DNA of 46,277 bases from Simkaniaceae bacterium (GTDB lineage: Bacteria > Chlamydiota > Chlamydiia > Chlamydiales > JAJFMI01): the NCBI GenBank assembly GCA_040880145.1, contig JBBDIZ010000007.1, positions 270-46,546 on the forward strand. The letters run 5' to 3'. The notes below the pieces were generated by a model, which saw nothing but the letters and a program-made list of their open reading frames with translations, searched no databases and was not told the origin of the DNA. The first letter of the stretch is position 1, and every line of letters starts with the position of its first letter. Position numbers and translations under genes: made by a program. Below are positions 1 to 9,606 of the stretch, in pieces.

Positions 1-84
1 CTCCAGCTCCAGCTCCAGCTCCAGCTCCAGCTCCAGCTCCAGCTCCAGCTCCAGCTCCAGCACCGGCACCGGCACCGGCACCAG
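1..84 (+). repeat. Hexamer tandem repeat (CTCCAG)x10, then (CACCGG)x3 and CACCAG
   Basis: Read directly; encodes Pro-Ala repeats and is cut by the window start. Confidence 0.95.
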
Positions 85-347
85 TACCACCACCGCTACT
101 AACACTGGCGCCATCTCCAGGACCGGCACCTGTAACGCCAAGTGAAGAAGTGATAAGGGTTGATTTAACTTATTCTTTCCAGGTGGCCATGAGTCAAATG
201 CAAGATTTAATTCCGGTTTTTCGCTATATGAGACTTTTCAATTATCCTTGGCACCATTCGAGCTGTTGCTTTTTTGATCGATGTGATCCAGGCTTTGACC
301 CTTATGCATCCTTTATTTTTGAAGACAATCTGTTTAAAGTTGAGTAA
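3..347 (+). CDS. 3' part of a hypothetical protein with a long Pro-Ala linker; 5' end lies outside the window
   Basis: The frame of ORF 150..347 stays open back to position 3 and reads PAPAPA...PVPPPLLTLAPSPGPAPVTPSEE-VIRVDLTY... Confidence 0.7.
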   Translation, partial: PAPAPAPAPAPAPAPAPAPAPAPAPAPVPPPLLTLAPSPGPAPVTPSEEVIRVDLTYSFQVAMSQMQDLIPVFRYMRLFNYPWHHSSCCFFDRCDPGFDPYASFIFEDNLFKVE

Positions 348-370
348 GTGTGTTAAAGGTATAGGGATGT

Positions 371-399
371 TTGACAAGATGTCAGGTAAGTTCTATTTT
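371..399 (+). promoter_or_regulatory. Putative sigma66/sigma70 promoter of parA
   Basis: TTGACA(371-376)-N17-TATTTT(394-399). Inverted repeat TGACA-aga-TGTCA overlaps the -35 box. Confidence 0.5.
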
Positions 400-461
400 A
401 TATCATTTATTTTTGATACATAGTATTAATATGCAACAGTTGCAATCTTAGAGGATTTTCA

Positions 462-1232
462 ATGGATATTATCACTTTCTGCAGTTTTAAGGGAGGAACG
501 GCAAAGACCTCCTGCGCCCTTCATATTGCTTATTGTCTCGCTACGTTTCACCAAAAACGCGTTCTACTTGTTGATTTTGATTCTCAAGCAAACCTCTCGA
601 TTGGAATGGGTCTTGGGCCAGATCAAGAGCTTACGATGGCAAATGTCTTGTTAGAGGAAAAAGGAATCGATGAAGTGATTCAAAAAGAGTGCATGAAGAA
701 CCTCTCGATCATTCCTGCGAATGCCTATCTCGATGGAATCGAAAGAAACGCTCTTTTAGCTTCCGATCCTTATGCTCATGAACGGCTTCGAAGGGCACTT
801 GTACCGCTAGATTATGATTTCGTTTTTATCGATACCCCTCCATCGCTTGGATGGTTGACTCAGAGCGCTTTTTTTGCCTCAACCGGTTCATTGATCTGTG
901 CTATTCCCGAAGCTTACTCCGTTATAGCTTTAAGAAGGCTTAAGGAGTTTCATGAATCGATCAATCGGTATCATGAGATTCAGCTTCTTGGCATCATCTT
1001 TAGCTTTTGGAACGATAGAGGTGCTGTGAATGAAAGCTTTCTCTTAGAAATTGCCTCTTGTTTTCCGGAAAAATTATTTGAGGCAAAAATACGCCGAGAC
1101 ATCACGGTTTCAAGAGCCGTATTAAAGGGAAAGCCTGTGCATGAATTAAATGAAAAGGCGCGCGCAAGCCTTGATTATCGAAAGGTAACGGAAGAATTTT
1201 TGGAAAAAGTTCAAATGGGTGTGGGAGTTTAA
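462..1232 (+). CDS. parA: ParA/Soj-family ATPase (chlamydial CT582/pGP5-like)
   Basis: Deviant Walker A FKGGTAKTS, DFDSQANL, FIDTPPSLG; paired with a pGP6-like gene. Confidence 0.92.
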   Translation: MDIITFCSFKGGTAKTSCALHIAYCLATFHQKRVLLVDFDSQANLSIGMGLGPDQELTMANVLLEEKGIDEVIQKECMKNLSIIPANAYLDGIERNALLASDPYAHERLRRALVPLDYDFVFIDTPPSLGWLTQSAFFASTGSLICAIPEAYSVIALRRLKEFHESINRYHEIQLLGIIFSFWNDRGAVNESFLLEIASCFPEKLFEAKIRRDITVSRAVLKGKPVHELNEKARASLDYRKVTEEFLEKVQMGVGV

Positions 1233-1233
1233 A

Positions 1234-1962
1234 ATGACAAACGCCAATAAGCAAGCTTCACTCTTTTTTGAAAAAAAGTCGATTCAGAAGCCTTCAAAAT
1301 TTAATTTATTGCCTCAAACCCCACCTCAAATGCCCGGATTTGATCTCCAAAAACTCGACGAGGATGAAAAAAAGAAGATCGAAGAATTGCTCCTCAACCA
1401 TGGACATGAAGTTGATAAGAAAGAATGTTTTTTGGATATTCAAAAGATCACTCATATTACTGCAGAAGTGAAGTCGATTAGCAAACAAGGCGTGATTTTA
1501 ATTGGAGAAAGAATTCATAATGCTCGCGAGATTTTGAAAAAATATGGCGAGGGTCAGGCAACGTTTACAGAATGGCTTAAGCAAACCTTCGGCTCAGTGA
1601 GAACAGCTTATAATACATTGAGTTATTTTGATTTCTATTCGAAACTGCCCTCCGAGACTTTAAGGGAAAAACTTAAAACCCTTCCTTTAAAGGCTGCCTA
1701 TATTTTAGCGTCTCGATCAGGAGAGTTGGAGAAAAAAGTTGAAATTATCTCTTCTTACAAGGGATCTAAACCGAATGATTTGATTGAAGAGATCCGAAAG
1801 AACTTGCCTCTTAAAAAAGGCGATCTGAGACGGAAAAGAGGTCAAGATACGATTCGATTCATTGAAGATGCTATACATCGGCTCAGTCAAAATTCTTTAA
1901 CCGATAAAGAAAGGCTTCGCCTGATGATTGTGCAAGAAAAAATTTCCAATCTTATCAAATGA
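1234..1962 (+). CDS. Chlamydial pGP6-D/CT583-like protein
   Basis: Motifs ITAEVKSISKQGVILIGERI, FTEWL, TAYNTLSYFDFY, AAYILASRSG. The ATG at 1234 directly follows the parA stop. Confidence 0.85.
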   Translation: MTNANKQASLFFEKKSIQKPSKFNLLPQTPPQMPGFDLQKLDEDEKKKIEELLLNHGHEVDKKECFLDIQKITHITAEVKSISKQGVILIGERIHNAREILKKYGEGQATFTEWLKQTFGSVRTAYNTLSYFDFYSKLPSETLREKLKTLPLKAAYILASRSGELEKKVEIISSYKGSKPNDLIEEIRKNLPLKKGDLRRKRGQDTIRFIEDAIHRLSQNSLTDKERLRLMIVQEKISNLIK

Positions 1963-1989
1963 CTATAGTCGATTTAATCGACTATAGTC
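1961..1989. repeat. Perfect 14-bp inverted repeat with a 1-nt spacer at a convergent gene junction
   Basis: GACTATAGTCGATT-T-AATCGACTATAGTC. Confidence 0.9.
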
Positions 1990-2910
1990 TAGGTACCAAT
2001 CAATAAATTTTTCGATTCCTTTTTCCAGAGAAATTTTAGGAGAAAAATTCAGCTTTTTTTGGCTTTTTTCGATATTTGCATAAGTGCACTGAACATCTCC
2101 AGGCTGCATGGGGAGAGAAATTCTTTGAGCCTTTTTTTGTAAACCGTTTTCAAGATAAGAAATCAACTGATCGAGTCTTTCTGGATGGCTGTTGCCAAGG
2201 TTGAAAATTTCATAGGAGGCATTGTAATTGAGCGCTGAAACAATACCTGCTACGATGTCGTCGATATAGGTAAAATCTCTTAACATATCGCCATGGTTAA
2301 AGATTTCAATCGGTTTCCCTTGTCTGATCTTCTCAGAGAAGCTGTAGTAGGCCATATCGGGGCGTCCCATAGGACCATAAACAGTAAAAAAGCGTAGGCC
2401 GATCATAGGGATTTTAAAGAGGTGGTGGTAGCTATAGGCGAGAAGTTCGTTGCTTTTTTTTGTCGCTCCATAAAGGGAGATCGGTTTATCGGTAGGATCG
2501 CTCTCTTTAAAGGGGACTTTTTTGGTTAATCCATAGACAGAAGAAGAGGAGGCAAAGAGAATTTTTTTTACGTTCTCTCTACGGCAAATCTCTAAAATAT
2601 TCACAAATCCGTCTAGATTTGAAGCGATGTATTTTTTAGGATGCTTTAGAGAATAGCGGACGCCGGCTTGGGCTGCGAGGTGGATGAGATAGGGGGCTCC
2701 TGAAAGGGTTTCTAAAGAGCAAATATCTGCATGTATGACATCGATTCCCGCATTTTTAAGCTTGTTTTCGCGATAATTCTTAAGAGCCACGTCGTAATAA
2801 TCATTGAAATTATCACATCCAATGACCTCCCATCCCTCATTTTTTAAAGCAAGGGCAAGGTGGCATCCAATAAAGCCGGCAATACCTGTGATATAAACCG
2901 GATTACTCAC
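1963..2910 (-). CDS. UDP-glucuronate 4-epimerase (extended SDR, CapI/LpsL-like)
   Basis: GIAGFIG, HLAAQAGVRYS, ASSSSVYG, YGATK, LRFFTVYGPMGRPDMA. Confidence 0.9.
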   Translation of the reverse strand: MSNPVYITGIAGFIGCHLALALKNEGWEVIGCDNFNDYYDVALKNYRENKLKNAGIDVIHADICSLETLSGAPYLIHLAAQAGVRYSLKHPKKYIASNLDGFVNILEICRRENVKKILFASSSSVYGLTKKVPFKESDPTDKPISLYGATKKSNELLAYSYHHLFKIPMIGLRFFTVYGPMGRPDMAYYSFSEKIRQGKPIEIFNHGDMLRDFTYIDDIVAGIVSALNYNASYEIFNLGNSHPERLDQLISYLENGLQKKAQRISLPMQPGDVQCTYANIEKSQKKLNFSPKISLEKGIEKFIDWYLDYSRLNRL

Positions 2911-5782
2911 GATTGATTTCCCGCCATTTTTTAACCATTTCTACTGCATAAGGAGCCGCTTCCTTGCCATAATTCCCAAATTCCTCATAGACGATAACGA
3001 CAAGTTCGGGCGTTGTCAATTCATCCTCTTCAAAAGAGACTCCCCCAAACCAGATATGTTTCGCTTTAATGGGCTTGATATAGGGGTCTAGAGTGGGCCG
3101 ATAATTGATTTCAGCTGTAGAGGTTTTTCCGATGAGCTGTTTTTGGATTTCTCGATAATGGCACAAAAAAGGAGGGTATTCATAAAGAGTACGAATGCGG
3201 CTTTGTCTTGCCGAGCCACTTTTACCATTGACAACTAAGCTCATTCCTTTTATCAGAGCTCTTGAAATTTCAGGTGAAATCTCAATTTTTTTTACAATCT
3301 CTTTAGGTTTTTTCTGGATTTGTGGTTTTAAAAGCTCGCCTTGGTTGACAAGTGCTCCAAGCATCATAGCTGTTTGCAGGGGGGTCACAACCAACGAGTG
3401 CTGCCCAATTGCAAAAGAGTAAAGCCCCGTTCGATTATCCCGGATATCTCGAGGGAGAAGGCCTGCATATTCTCCGGGCAGTTCGATGCCGGTTTTAGCC
3501 CCAAAGCCAAACTCCTTGGAAGCATGAATCAGATCGAGTGGATTCTTTAGAATATCGCTTGCAAGAAGCGAGAAATAGAGGTTGCTCGAACACTCAAGGG
3601 CATTTATTAGATCGACCTTTCCAATACCGGGTCGAGATCTAGGGAGTGTCCCGCCTTTATACCGCCTTTTTATCGCTTTTCCATCTAGAGTATAGCCTAG
3701 AATCTCGGAACGTGATTTTCCTGATCCCCGGCGATAATCATCGATTAGCGTTAGCGGGTTGGTCATCCCGCTTTGACGCATGGCCTCGAAAGCTGTAATG
3801 AGCTTGAAAATCGATCCCTGAGGGGTTGCTTGACTCATGGTCTCAGAGGTCATATAGCCAAAAGCATGAGGAGCAAAAGCCAAAGCTAAGGCCTTTTGAT
3901 TTTTTTCTTTTAAGTGTCGATAGCGATAGTCTAAGGGCTCCTGAAGCTCTTCAAAACCTTTCATCGTGGCAATGAGCTTAAAAGAGGGAAGCGATCTAAG
4001 AGACTCTAAATAGGCGGGAAATTGGGTTGAAAATCCTGGAAGATCCCGGAGAATCAGTTGATGCAAAAATTCAAGGGAATGTTCCTCCCAGTAAGCTTTG
4101 AAAAGCTCTTTTTCTTTAGATCTAAGATAGTCGAGATAAGGGCGATTGACACGCTTTTCAGCTTTTTCTATTTTACGCTTTTCTTTTAGATACTCCTTAA
4201 AATGTTCTTCACGCCATTTTTTAAAGAGGTTTTCAGTAAAAATTTCTCTTGCAAAAGGCTTGAGTTCTAAAAGAAGAGTCGCTTTTGCTTGAGATAGGGA
4301 TCGATAGAGGCTTGGGGTTATGGATTCAGCTTCAGCAAGGAGCGTTTCATCAAAAAGATTTGGATCGACAAGAAGATGCAACAGGTCGTAAAAAAGTGCA
4401 TTTTCGATGTCAGTTTCAAATAATTCAATCCGCTCATTTTGAAGTAAAATCGCTTCCTTAAGGGAGTCAATTTCTAAAAGAGCCTTTTTAATAGGGCTAT
4501 TTTGCGCTAAGATAAAACCGAGGTAACACTCCCATGTAAGCAATTGCTTTTCTAAAAAATAGTCCGCCTTTTTAAAAGAGTAAAACTCTCTTTCTAAAAA
4601 ACGCTTTCCATCCCAGATTTCACCTAAATAAGAAGGAGCCTCTAACCACTTATAGACATTGGGACTTTTTTCAATAAAATCATTCGGATCAAAACGAGGG
4701 TAGGAAGCAAGGGCTAAAATCTCTCCAGAAATAGGATTGAGCGCAACGATGGCTCCTTTTTTCATCCAAGGAGAGGGGATGGTATTGTGATCTTTACCCG
4801 CAGAGCTAAAATGCTTTTCTCTGATAGAGGCGCTGTAGCTTAAGAGTTTTTCGGCATGCTCTTGTAAGGGAAGGCTGATGGCAAGGGTCAAAGACTCTCC
4901 ATTTTTTGAAGTCTTCCCCCCTTCTAAAGAGCGCAGGATACGCCCTTTCATATCGACCTGATAAAAATGATGGCCAAGTCGACCTCTAAGCTTCTCATCA
5001 AAGCTTTTTTCCGCCCCTCCTTTGCCGACATAAGCATTGAGCGTGTAAGCCTTTTCCTCCAGCTCATTTAGGCGTGAGACGACAGCTTCAACAGATTCAT
5101 AGCCCTTTGGCAAAAGCGGAGCTCTATTTTCCTCGCGCATTGATAAAAAATCTTTTAATAACTGCTGCTCTTTGGCAATCATGTGGTACTGCCCTGACTG
5201 GATGGCGCCCATATATCCAATTACATCACATCCGCTCTTTCCCATAGGATAATAGCGTTTGGAAAGGCATTGCATGTGAATGCCGGGCCAATGCTTTTCG
5301 AGTGCTTTGAGACGAAAGTAGCTCTTTTCACTAATACCTCCTTTCAAGATAAAGGGAGTGTTAGGGAAAAGGGAGGCGTGGCTGTAAATGACATCTTCTA
5401 CGTGCTGAGGATCTAAAGAAAGCTCTTCGCCCAGCATCTTTGATAACGATTCTACATAAGCGCGTCTTAAGAATTGCTTTTCCTTACGGTTCCAGCTGAT
5501 CCTCTTCCACTGAACCGATGGAATTTCTCGAATTTGATCATATAAAATAGAGGCTTGATAAGAGTTTCGATTTAAGGCCAAAGGGTTCCCATGGCGATCT
5601 TGAATCGAAGCGCGAAAAGGAAGGTCGAGGACCTTCCGTCTTTGAGGGCGAAGAGCGAGTTCAACATGCTGATCATGGGAGAGAACCGTCAAGTACCAAA
5701 GGCGAATGCCAATCAGCAAAAAAGCAATGCCGATAATTTGAAGAACTCGAGAGGCTTTTTCAGGGACGTTTAATCGTTGCAT
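2903..5782 (-). CDS. mrdA: Chlamydial-type large penicillin-binding protein 2
   Basis: N-terminal TM helix, R..I.DR.G..LA, RYYP; transpeptidase motifs SIFK, SSN and KTS; large chlamydia-type insert. Confidence 0.88.
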   Translation of the reverse strand: MQRLNVPEKASRVLQIIGIAFLLIGIRLWYLTVLSHDQHVELALRPQRRKVLDLPFRASIQDRHGNPLALNRNSYQASILYDQIREIPSVQWKRISWNRKEKQFLRRAYVESLSKMLGEELSLDPQHVEDVIYSHASLFPNTPFILKGGISEKSYFRLKALEKHWPGIHMQCLSKRYYPMGKSGCDVIGYMGAIQSGQYHMIAKEQQLLKDFLSMREENRAPLLPKGYESVEAVVSRLNELEEKAYTLNAYVGKGGAEKSFDEKLRGRLGHHFYQVDMKGRILRSLEGGKTSKNGESLTLAISLPLQEHAEKLLSYSASIREKHFSSAGKDHNTIPSPWMKKGAIVALNPISGEILALASYPRFDPNDFIEKSPNVYKWLEAPSYLGEIWDGKRFLEREFYSFKKADYFLEKQLLTWECYLGFILAQNSPIKKALLEIDSLKEAILLQNERIELFETDIENALFYDLLHLLVDPNLFDETLLAEAESITPSLYRSLSQAKATLLLELKPFAREIFTENLFKKWREEHFKEYLKEKRKIEKAEKRVNRPYLDYLRSKEKELFKAYWEEHSLEFLHQLILRDLPGFSTQFPAYLESLRSLPSFKLIATMKGFEELQEPLDYRYRHLKEKNQKALALAFAPHAFGYMTSETMSQATPQGSIFKLITAFEAMRQSGMTNPLTLIDDYRRGSGKSRSEILGYTLDGKAIKRRYKGGTLPRSRPGIGKVDLINALECSSNLYFSLLASDILKNPLDLIHASKEFGFGAKTGIELPGEYAGLLPRDIRDNRTGLYSFAIGQHSLVVTPLQTAMMLGALVNQGELLKPQIQKKPKEIVKKIEISPEISRALIKGMSLVVNGKSGSARQSRIRTLYEYPPFLCHYREIQKQLIGKTSTAEINYRPTLDPYIKPIKAKHIWFGGVSFEEDELTTPELVVIVYEEFGNYGKEAAPYAVEMVKKWREINRE

Positions 5783-5850
5783 CCCTTAAGCTTACTTTTT
5801 TCTTGGAAAAAATTCACTATTTCATGATAATAGCAGCATTGAAATACGGT

Positions 5851-5921
5851 GCGCCTGTAGTTCAATGGTAGAACAATAGCCTTCCAAGCTATTAGCGTCA
5901 GTTCGATTCTGACCAGGCGCT
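5851..5921 (+). tRNA. tRNA-Gly(TCC)
   Basis: Acceptor stem GCGCCTG/CAGGCGC, anticodon arm ATAGC-CTTCCAA-GCTAT, T-loop GTTCGATT. Confidence 0.95.
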
Positions 5922-5941
5922 CATTTCACATTCTAGTGAAT

Positions 5942-6187
5942 TTAAATGATCCCATTAGTGAAAAAGTTACCTGAAAAATTGGATGATTCCAAGCGGAATG
6001 CCGAGAAAAATCCGGATACTGCTGTTTTAATTCTTTCAAACATGTCCTGAACTCTTGCTTTATTGTATTCAGCTTGTATAGGGTTGTTTTTTATACCTAA
6101 GCTGTATTTTGTGAACGTATCCATATTATTTTGTGGAATTAAGAAAATTTTTCCTCCTGCACGCTCTAGGCTTCCCATTGTACTCAT
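5942..6187 (-). CDS. Small hypothetical protein (81 aa)
   Basis: ATG-started ORF in the tRNA-Gly/rpsB gap, with a very AT-rich upstream region (about 6190-6270). No recognisable motif. Confidence 0.45.
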   Translation of the reverse strand: MSTMGSLERAGGKIFLIPQNNMDTFTKYSLGIKNNPIQAEYNKARVQDMFERIKTAVSGFFSAFRLESSNFSGNFFTNGII

Positions 6188-6397
6188 TTTTATATCCTCT
6201 TATTATTTATTATCTTCATAATATAATAATAAAATATTTAGATTATATTATCAATATATTTATATATAGTTGTAAGTCATTAAGTCTTAGAGGGGTGTTT
6301 TTAGTCGTCTTGAAGGTTGATCGTCTATTGTGTTTATTTAGGATTTGGTTTACTCTTGTTCCTAGCCTTTTTAGGCGGAATTTAAGAACCAAGACCG

Positions 6398-6480
6398 AAA
6401 TTTCTCCTGCTTTTAAGGAGAGATGCCGTCGTCAAACACAAGACTGAAAGCCTCTTATTTTTGGGTAGGCTTCTGTCGTA
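6398..6480 (+). promoter_or_regulatory. Structured rpsB 5' leader (possible S2 autoregulatory element)
   Basis: Hairpins TCTCCT-gctttta-AGGAGA and AAGCCT...AGGCTT upstream of the TTG start. Structured rpsB leaders are known in other bacteria. Confidence 0.35.
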
Positions 6481-6496
6481 ACAAAAGGGACAAGGC

Positions 6497-7276
6497 TTGG
6501 GAAAAGAAAAACAAGTCACGATTAAAGATCTATTAGAGAGCGGCGCTCATTTTGGGCACCAGAAATCCCGTTGGAATCCGAAGATGAAACCTTATATCTT
6601 TGGTGAAAAGGGAGGCATCTGCATTATCGACCTCGCAAAGACTATGCAGCAAATTCGTATGGCTGTTGAATTTGTGGAAAAAAAAGTTGCAGATCACAAA
6701 ACAATCCTATTCGTAGGCACAAAAAAGCAGGCGAAATCTGTTGTTCGCGAGTGTGCTGAGAATGCCGGAGAATTTTACGTTGCAGAAAGATGGCTCGGGG
6801 GGATGTTAACGAATCTCACTACCATTCGCCAGTCTGTAAAAAGTTTAGAGCGAATTGAGAAGGTTCTGTCTGCTGGTGGAGAGGGGCTCACTAAGAAAGA
6901 GATCTCTCAAATGACCAAAGCACAAGAAAAGCTCGATCGCAACCTTTCCGGCATCCGTGCGATGCGCCGCCCTCCGGGCCTTGTTATCGTTGTTGATCCA
7001 AGTAAAGAGCATATTGCTGTTGCTGAGGCGAATAAACTGGGCATTCCAGTCATTGGTCTTGTTGACACAAACTGCAATCCTGATCCGATTGATTATGTCA
7101 TCGCTTGCAATGACGATGCTTTAAAGAGCGTAAAGCTTATCCTTCAAGCCTTGACCGATGCGATTTTAGAGAAGAAAAGCTCTATGAATATCGAAGTTAA
7201 GAAGATGGAAAAAAACGATGAGAACGAGAACTTTTCCGAGCCTCAAGAGGTGGAGGAAGGGGGTTCTAATGTCTAA
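6497..7276 (+). CDS. rpsB: 30S ribosomal protein S2
   Basis: GAHFGHQKSRWNPKMKPYIF, RWLGGMLTN, DTNCNPD; TTG start. Confidence 0.98.
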   Translation: MGKEKQVTIKDLLESGAHFGHQKSRWNPKMKPYIFGEKGGICIIDLAKTMQQIRMAVEFVEKKVADHKTILFVGTKKQAKSVVRECAENAGEFYVAERWLGGMLTNLTTIRQSVKSLERIEKVLSAGGEGLTKKEISQMTKAQEKLDRNLSGIRAMRRPPGLVIVVDPSKEHIAVAEANKLGIPVIGLVDTNCNPDPIDYVIACNDDALKSVKLILQALTDAILEKKSSMNIEVKKMEKNDENENFSEPQEVEEGGSNV

Positions 7277-8108
7277 AGTGACCCCTGCTCTGATCAAAGA
7301 GCTTCGCGATCGCACAAGCGTTGGAATGGGCAAGTGCAAACAAGCTTTAGAAAAGGCTGAAGGCGATATCGAAAAAGCGATTGAAATTCTTCGAAAAGAG
7401 GGGATGGCCTCTGCTGTGAAAAAAGAGAGTCGGGAAACCAAAGAGGGAATGATTAGCGTTTCTGAAAATAAGAGCTGCCTGGCGATTATTGAAGTGAATG
7501 CAGAAACTGACTTTGTGATCCAGAATGATCTCTTTAAAGAGTATGTCTCTTTGATGACTGAAGAGGTTTTGGCGACAAAGCCCTCTTCAGTTGAAGCTTT
7601 TTTAGCGCAGAAAAATAAAAGTGATGGCGCTCATACAAATGATGAACTCCGCGCTCAGCTCATACAGCGGATTGGCGAAAACATACAGATTAAACGCCTA
7701 AAGCTTCTTGATAAGCAAAAGAATCACTCTTATGGCACCTATATTCATGCAGGTGGCCGTATTGCGTGTATTGCAGATATCGAAGGGGCTTCAGATCAAG
7801 AAGCTCTAGCTCGAGAAATTGCGATGCATATCGCTGCTGAAGCGCCTGATTACCTCGATCATGCATCTGTACCGGCTGAAATGAAAGCAAAAGAAGAAGA
7901 GATTGCTAAGAGTCAAGTACCGGGGAATAAACCTCCTGAGATTATCGAAAAGATTGTTTCAGGAAAGGTGAAATCTGTTCTTGATTCCCTCTGTCTTATC
8001 AACCAAAAGTATGTCAAGGATCCCTCCATGACGGTTGAGAAGTTTGTTGCAAGCAAGGGAAAAGATTTCAAGGTTGCTTCCTTCTTACGCTGGCAAATTG
8101 GACAATAG
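7269..8108 (+). CDS. tsf: Elongation factor Ts
   Basis: IKELRDRTSVGMGKCKQAL, EVNAETDFV, IAMHIAA; start placed at ATG 7269. Confidence 0.97.
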   Translation: MSKVTPALIKELRDRTSVGMGKCKQALEKAEGDIEKAIEILRKEGMASAVKKESRETKEGMISVSENKSCLAIIEVNAETDFVIQNDLFKEYVSLMTEEVLATKPSSVEAFLAQKNKSDGAHTNDELRAQLIQRIGENIQIKRLKLLDKQKNHSYGTYIHAGGRIACIADIEGASDQEALAREIAMHIAAEAPDYLDHASVPAEMKAKEEEIAKSQVPGNKPPEIIEKIVSGKVKSVLDSLCLINQKYVKDPSMTVEKFVASKGKDFKVASFLRWQIGQ

Positions 8109-8202
8109 CCTGTACTCAAGAGCACATCTCTCTTTCCAAGACCCCTTTAGGTAATGTATAAGGGGTGTGCTCTTATGTTTTTTGAAAAAGGTAGATGTTC
8201 CC

Positions 8203-8922
8203 ATGAAAAAATTGCCCTATAAAAGAATCCTCTTAAAACTCTCAGGTGAAGCTCTAAGCGGGTCGGACTCTTGCGGTTTAAGCCACTCAAGCTGCCATGA
8301 TTTAGCTGAAAAAATAGCTGAGGTCGATCAGCTTGGTATTCAAATCGGCATTGTCGTTGGAGGAGGCAACATTTTTCGCGGCGGACAAGCCAAGGAGTTT
8401 CAATTTGCACGCTCCCCGGCTGATCAAATCGGCATGATCGCAACAACTATCAACGGCATCGCACTCTCTCAAGCTTTACAAAATTTAGGATGCCGAACAA
8501 AGGTGATGAGCGCTCTACCTATGAATGGAGTGATTCCGCCCTATAACTGGAGCGAAGCGCTTCTCCTGCTTGGGAAAGGGGTGATCTTGATCTTTGTCGG
8601 AGGAACGGGAAACCCTTATTTTACAACAGACACAACAGCGGCGATGCGCGCAAGTGAAATCGAAGCTGAAATTCTTTTCAAGGCAACCAAAGTCGATGGC
8701 GTCTATGATAGAGATCCTATGGTCGATAAAAATGCAAAAAAGTATGATAAGCTGACCTACACAAAAGCCTTGAGCGACCATTTAAAAGTCATGGATGCAA
8801 CCGCCATTGCTCTTTGCCGAGAAAATCAAATTCCAATTCACGTCTTCAATCTCTTTTCAAAAAGTTCCTTGAAGAAGGCTCTTTTAGAAAAGCAAGGAGG
8901 CACCATTGTTAGCGGAGATTAA
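8203..8922 (+). CDS. pyrH: UMP kinase
   Basis: RILLKLSGEAL, GGGNIFRG, GNPYFTTDT. Confidence 0.97.
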   Translation: MKKLPYKRILLKLSGEALSGSDSCGLSHSSCHDLAEKIAEVDQLGIQIGIVVGGGNIFRGGQAKEFQFARSPADQIGMIATTINGIALSQALQNLGCRTKVMSALPMNGVIPPYNWSEALLLLGKGVILIFVGGTGNPYFTTDTTAAMRASEIEAEILFKATKVDGVYDRDPMVDKNAKKYDKLTYTKALSDHLKVMDATAIALCRENQIPIHVFNLFSKSSLKKALLEKQGGTIVSGD

Positions 8923-8925
8923 CAG

Positions 8926-9474
8926 ATGAATGTTTTAGATGAAACCCAGTTAAAAATGAAAGATGCCTTAGAGCATCTCAAGCAAGAGCTTCGAAACCTG
9001 CGTACGAACCGCGCAAATCCTGGGATGCTTGACTCTATTCAAGTCGAGGTCTATGGCTCTCAGATGAAAATTCGAGATTTAGCAACCGTTTCTGTCGGAG
9101 ATAGCCGCGTACTTGTCGTAACAGCTTATGACGCTTCAACCGCCGGCCCCATTTCAAAAGCCATTGAAAAGCAGCTTAGCTTTCAGCCGATCTTAGAGGG
9201 GAACGTCGTTCGAATTCCGGTTCCGCCTATGAGTGAAGAGGTAAGAAAAGAGATGGCAAAACAAGCTCGACAAGAAGGCGAAAAAACAAAAATTACAATT
9301 CGTGATATCCGCCGGAAAAATAATGAACTGGTCCGCAAGCAAAAAGCAGAGGGAGAGATCACGGAAGATATTCAAAAAAAATCGGAAAAGAAGATCCAAG
9401 AATTGACTGATGAATATTGCAAGATGGCCGATCAGATTACAAAAGAGAAAGAAAAGGAAATAATGGCAGTTTAG
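8926..9474 (+). CDS. frr: Ribosome recycling factor
   Basis: LRTNRANPGMLD, PPMSEEVRKE, IRDIRR; synteny with pyrH. Confidence 0.97.
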   Translation: MNVLDETQLKMKDALEHLKQELRNLRTNRANPGMLDSIQVEVYGSQMKIRDLATVSVGDSRVLVVTAYDASTAGPISKAIEKQLSFQPILEGNVVRIPVPPMSEEVRKEMAKQARQEGEKTKITIRDIRRKNNELVRKQKAEGEITEDIQKKSEKKIQELTDEYCKMADQITKEKEKEIMAV

Positions 9475-9525
9475 TCCTTGAGGAAAATTGCAATTTACGT
9501 TAAGCTTATAGCGTCCTTTAAGTTT

Positions 9526-9600
9526 GGCCCCATCGTCTAGTTAGGCCTAGGACACCAGATTTTCATTCTGGTAACAGGGGTTCGAATCCCCTTGGGGTCA
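9526..9600 (+). tRNA. tRNA-Glu(TTC)
   Basis: GGCCCCA...TGGGGTC-A acceptor stem, anticodon arm CCAGA-TTTTCAT-TCTGG, GTTCGAATC. Confidence 0.95.
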
Positions 9601-9606
9601 AGATTC

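Noticed and set aside
462..1962. Integrated chlamydial plasmid
   Set aside because: A chromosomal parA/pGP6-D pair is normal in chlamydiae, and no plasmid helicase, integrase or iterons are seen.
6133..6447. 104-aa hydrophobic plus-strand ORF
   Set aside because: It crosses AT-rich intergenic DNA and the rpsB leader; the composition explains the hydrophobicity.
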